Assembly: GCA_010015585.1 (NCBI GenBank)
Contig: ML975154.1
Origin: Eremomyces bilateralis CBS 781.70
Taxonomy: Eukaryota
Strand: one strand, 5' to 3'
Length of the DNA stretch: 64,000 nt
Part shown: positions 62,094 to 64,000 of the stretch, one piece after another
Layout: each line of letters starts with the position of its first letter
Position numbering within the stretch: the stretch's first letter is position 1
Made by a program: the position numbers and the translations under genes
Notes under the pieces: generated by a model
Database searches by the model: none
What the model was told of the DNA's origin: nothing
What the model saw: the letters and a program-made list of their open reading frames with translations, nothing else

Positions 62094-64000
62094 GATGTCG
62101 AGATCGTTTGAGATGTCGAGTCCTAATTAGGAAGGGGATGTGCCAGGGTGGTAGAGGATATATTCAAGGAGAAGAATGAAAGATCGGGAGATTGAAGTAG
62201 ATTGCCGGGTGGCAAGAACACAAATGATGTATCGGCAGGCTCAATAAACGCGATCCTCGACAAGGTGCGTATTGACTTGAATAGTCAGGCTACAACAATA
62301 GTGTTGCAGTGATGACCGGTCGGTGATATAACCCTTATCACGGATCGAATGAAGCCCAGGCCTTATGCGGATGCTGAAACAGGCTTAGTCAATAACGTGA
62401 AGCAAGGAAGGATGACGATGAGCCACACAAGGCAGAGTGAGACAGTGAGATGGATAATCTCAGGTCCGGTCACCCTTGGCTGTGTGCAAGAGGATTCGAG
62501 GATTAATTCCAAGGACTATTGTCGTTTAGATAGACAAGTCCTGAATAAATCTTCAATAAGAGAGTGGAATTGGAAGAGGTGGATGTGCGGTTGCGAGGGG
62601 GATGCAACCCAGGAATGGAAGTGGAGGACCGGGAGATTAAATCCGGAAATGGCACGAATGTTCTGCCTTCTTTCTTGCCGGTGATGCACGAAGGCAAAAA
62701 ACGAAGGAGAAAAACGCGTGTTTAGAAACCTGTTAGAGTCGAGGTTGGCGAGAAGGCTGACGTGGGTGCAGTGGCTGCTCGTTGTCCTTTTTGGAGTCGA
62801 GCTGTACGTATCGCAACCGACCGCAGTAGGAGGGGTTGGCCGGTGCAGGACGTTAAGTGGGAGGCCGGATGCGGGAACGATTGCTAGTCCGGGGTGGTTT
62901 GTGTGGTGAGGAGGGAGTGGTGAATGTTGAGTGGTGAGATGGTGAAGTGCCAAGTGGTCAAAGTGGTTGAGGTGGGTTGGTGGGCTCTCTGCGGAAAAAG
63001 GAGGCTTGGAAAGAAGGCTGGGAATGCTGGGAACACTGGGAGTGCTAGCCCGATGACGGCAGGTAACGAAACACGAGGAGGATAGGAGGCAGACACAAGT
63101 CCGAAACCAGAAATTAATTAAAGCTCTGCAAAACAAAAAGAAGTCGGTTAGTTGGTCGTGGTTGGTGAGAGGTGGAATGGTGGAACATGCACTGACTTTT
63201 GGGTCTGTTACGTCCTGCTGCTCAGATCCGGCCGAGAAGAGGAGGTGATGGGACTTGGTCGAGACACTGGGTGATTATATGAGAAAATTGTCTGGCTGGG
63301 TGGGATGGATGGCAAGAATGGAGGTGCGCCCCTATGCGGAAGGCCTCCTTGGCTGTGGGCAAAAGGGATACGTACATTATTGCTGTGGGGAAAAAAGGAA
63401 TTTTTGCCTCTTCTAGACTTGCGTGTCCAGATGGCGATGCGATGCAGCGATGGTGAGGATTGGGGGGTGGTGGGTGCAGGTGACGGGCGAGGCCAGCTGG
63501 GGGTCGCCGATTAGCCGGTCGCTGGTGCGGAAGAGGCGGTGCGGGCTGTGCCTTGGATGCCGACCAGGTCTAACCCTTGCGTCGACGATCGTGAAGGATG
63601 AACGGACTTATTCGTAAAGTCTAGCTTCCGTTCGGGTCTGGTGATTTGGTGAATGATAGATGGGTCCGTCGTTTGCTTTTCGGGAGCGTCTTGCGTTCAC
63701 GAGGCTTGGATGATCCAGAGGATGAGGGGAGAGTGAAAGGAGCTGGGGAAAAAGATCGGCTGTCACGCTGATATTATTGAAGTCGCTAGCGACGTAGAAA
63801 AATTAAATCCCTTCGACCAGGAAGGAAGGGAGGATGGAACGGAGAAGGCTGGAGGAGGCGGGAATTAATTGAATCGGATGCTTGTGATAAAACAATAGTC
63901 ATATATTCCTTTCTTCCCAAGACAGGAGAATGTCTGATACTAATACCATCGCCAACCTGCGTCCCCTGGATCAAACAAATCCCTCTCCATCCGCCAAATA

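Overview
Gene-dense 64 kb window from a filamentous ascomycete (Pezizomycotina-type: short GT-AG introns, CTRAC branch points). It holds about 23 protein-coding loci, and I saw no rRNA, tRNA, CRISPR array or intact transposon. Most genes are core housekeeping genes: glycogen synthase, asparaginase, SDR, aminotransferase, TFIIE-beta, Tpr/Mlp1, Rrp7, SPRY protein, CSN4, TFIIF-beta, bZIP, Sel1-repeat protein, CCCH protein, QTRT2 and a Pcl cyclin. The standout is a head-to-head gene pair at 7.8-16.6 kb. One gene encodes a ~2268-aa ZNFX1/Upf1-like RNA helicase fused to three tandem CbbX/SpoVK-type AAA+ domains, and the other a ~433-aa protein that I read as a divergent Rai1/DXO-type PD-(D/E)xK nuclease. 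Together they are a candidate RNA-sensing defence module in a compositionally distinct block. Other oddities are a minimal Pol X-like nucleotidyltransferase, a WRKY/FAR1-like plus Zn2Cys6 fusion protein, recurrent strand-symmetric C-to-G skew flips, an 84-bp dyad centred on CACGTG in a bidirectional promoter, a start codon split by an intron, and a 1-kb intron. Exon models and family calls come from manual reading and remembered motifs; no database searches were run.
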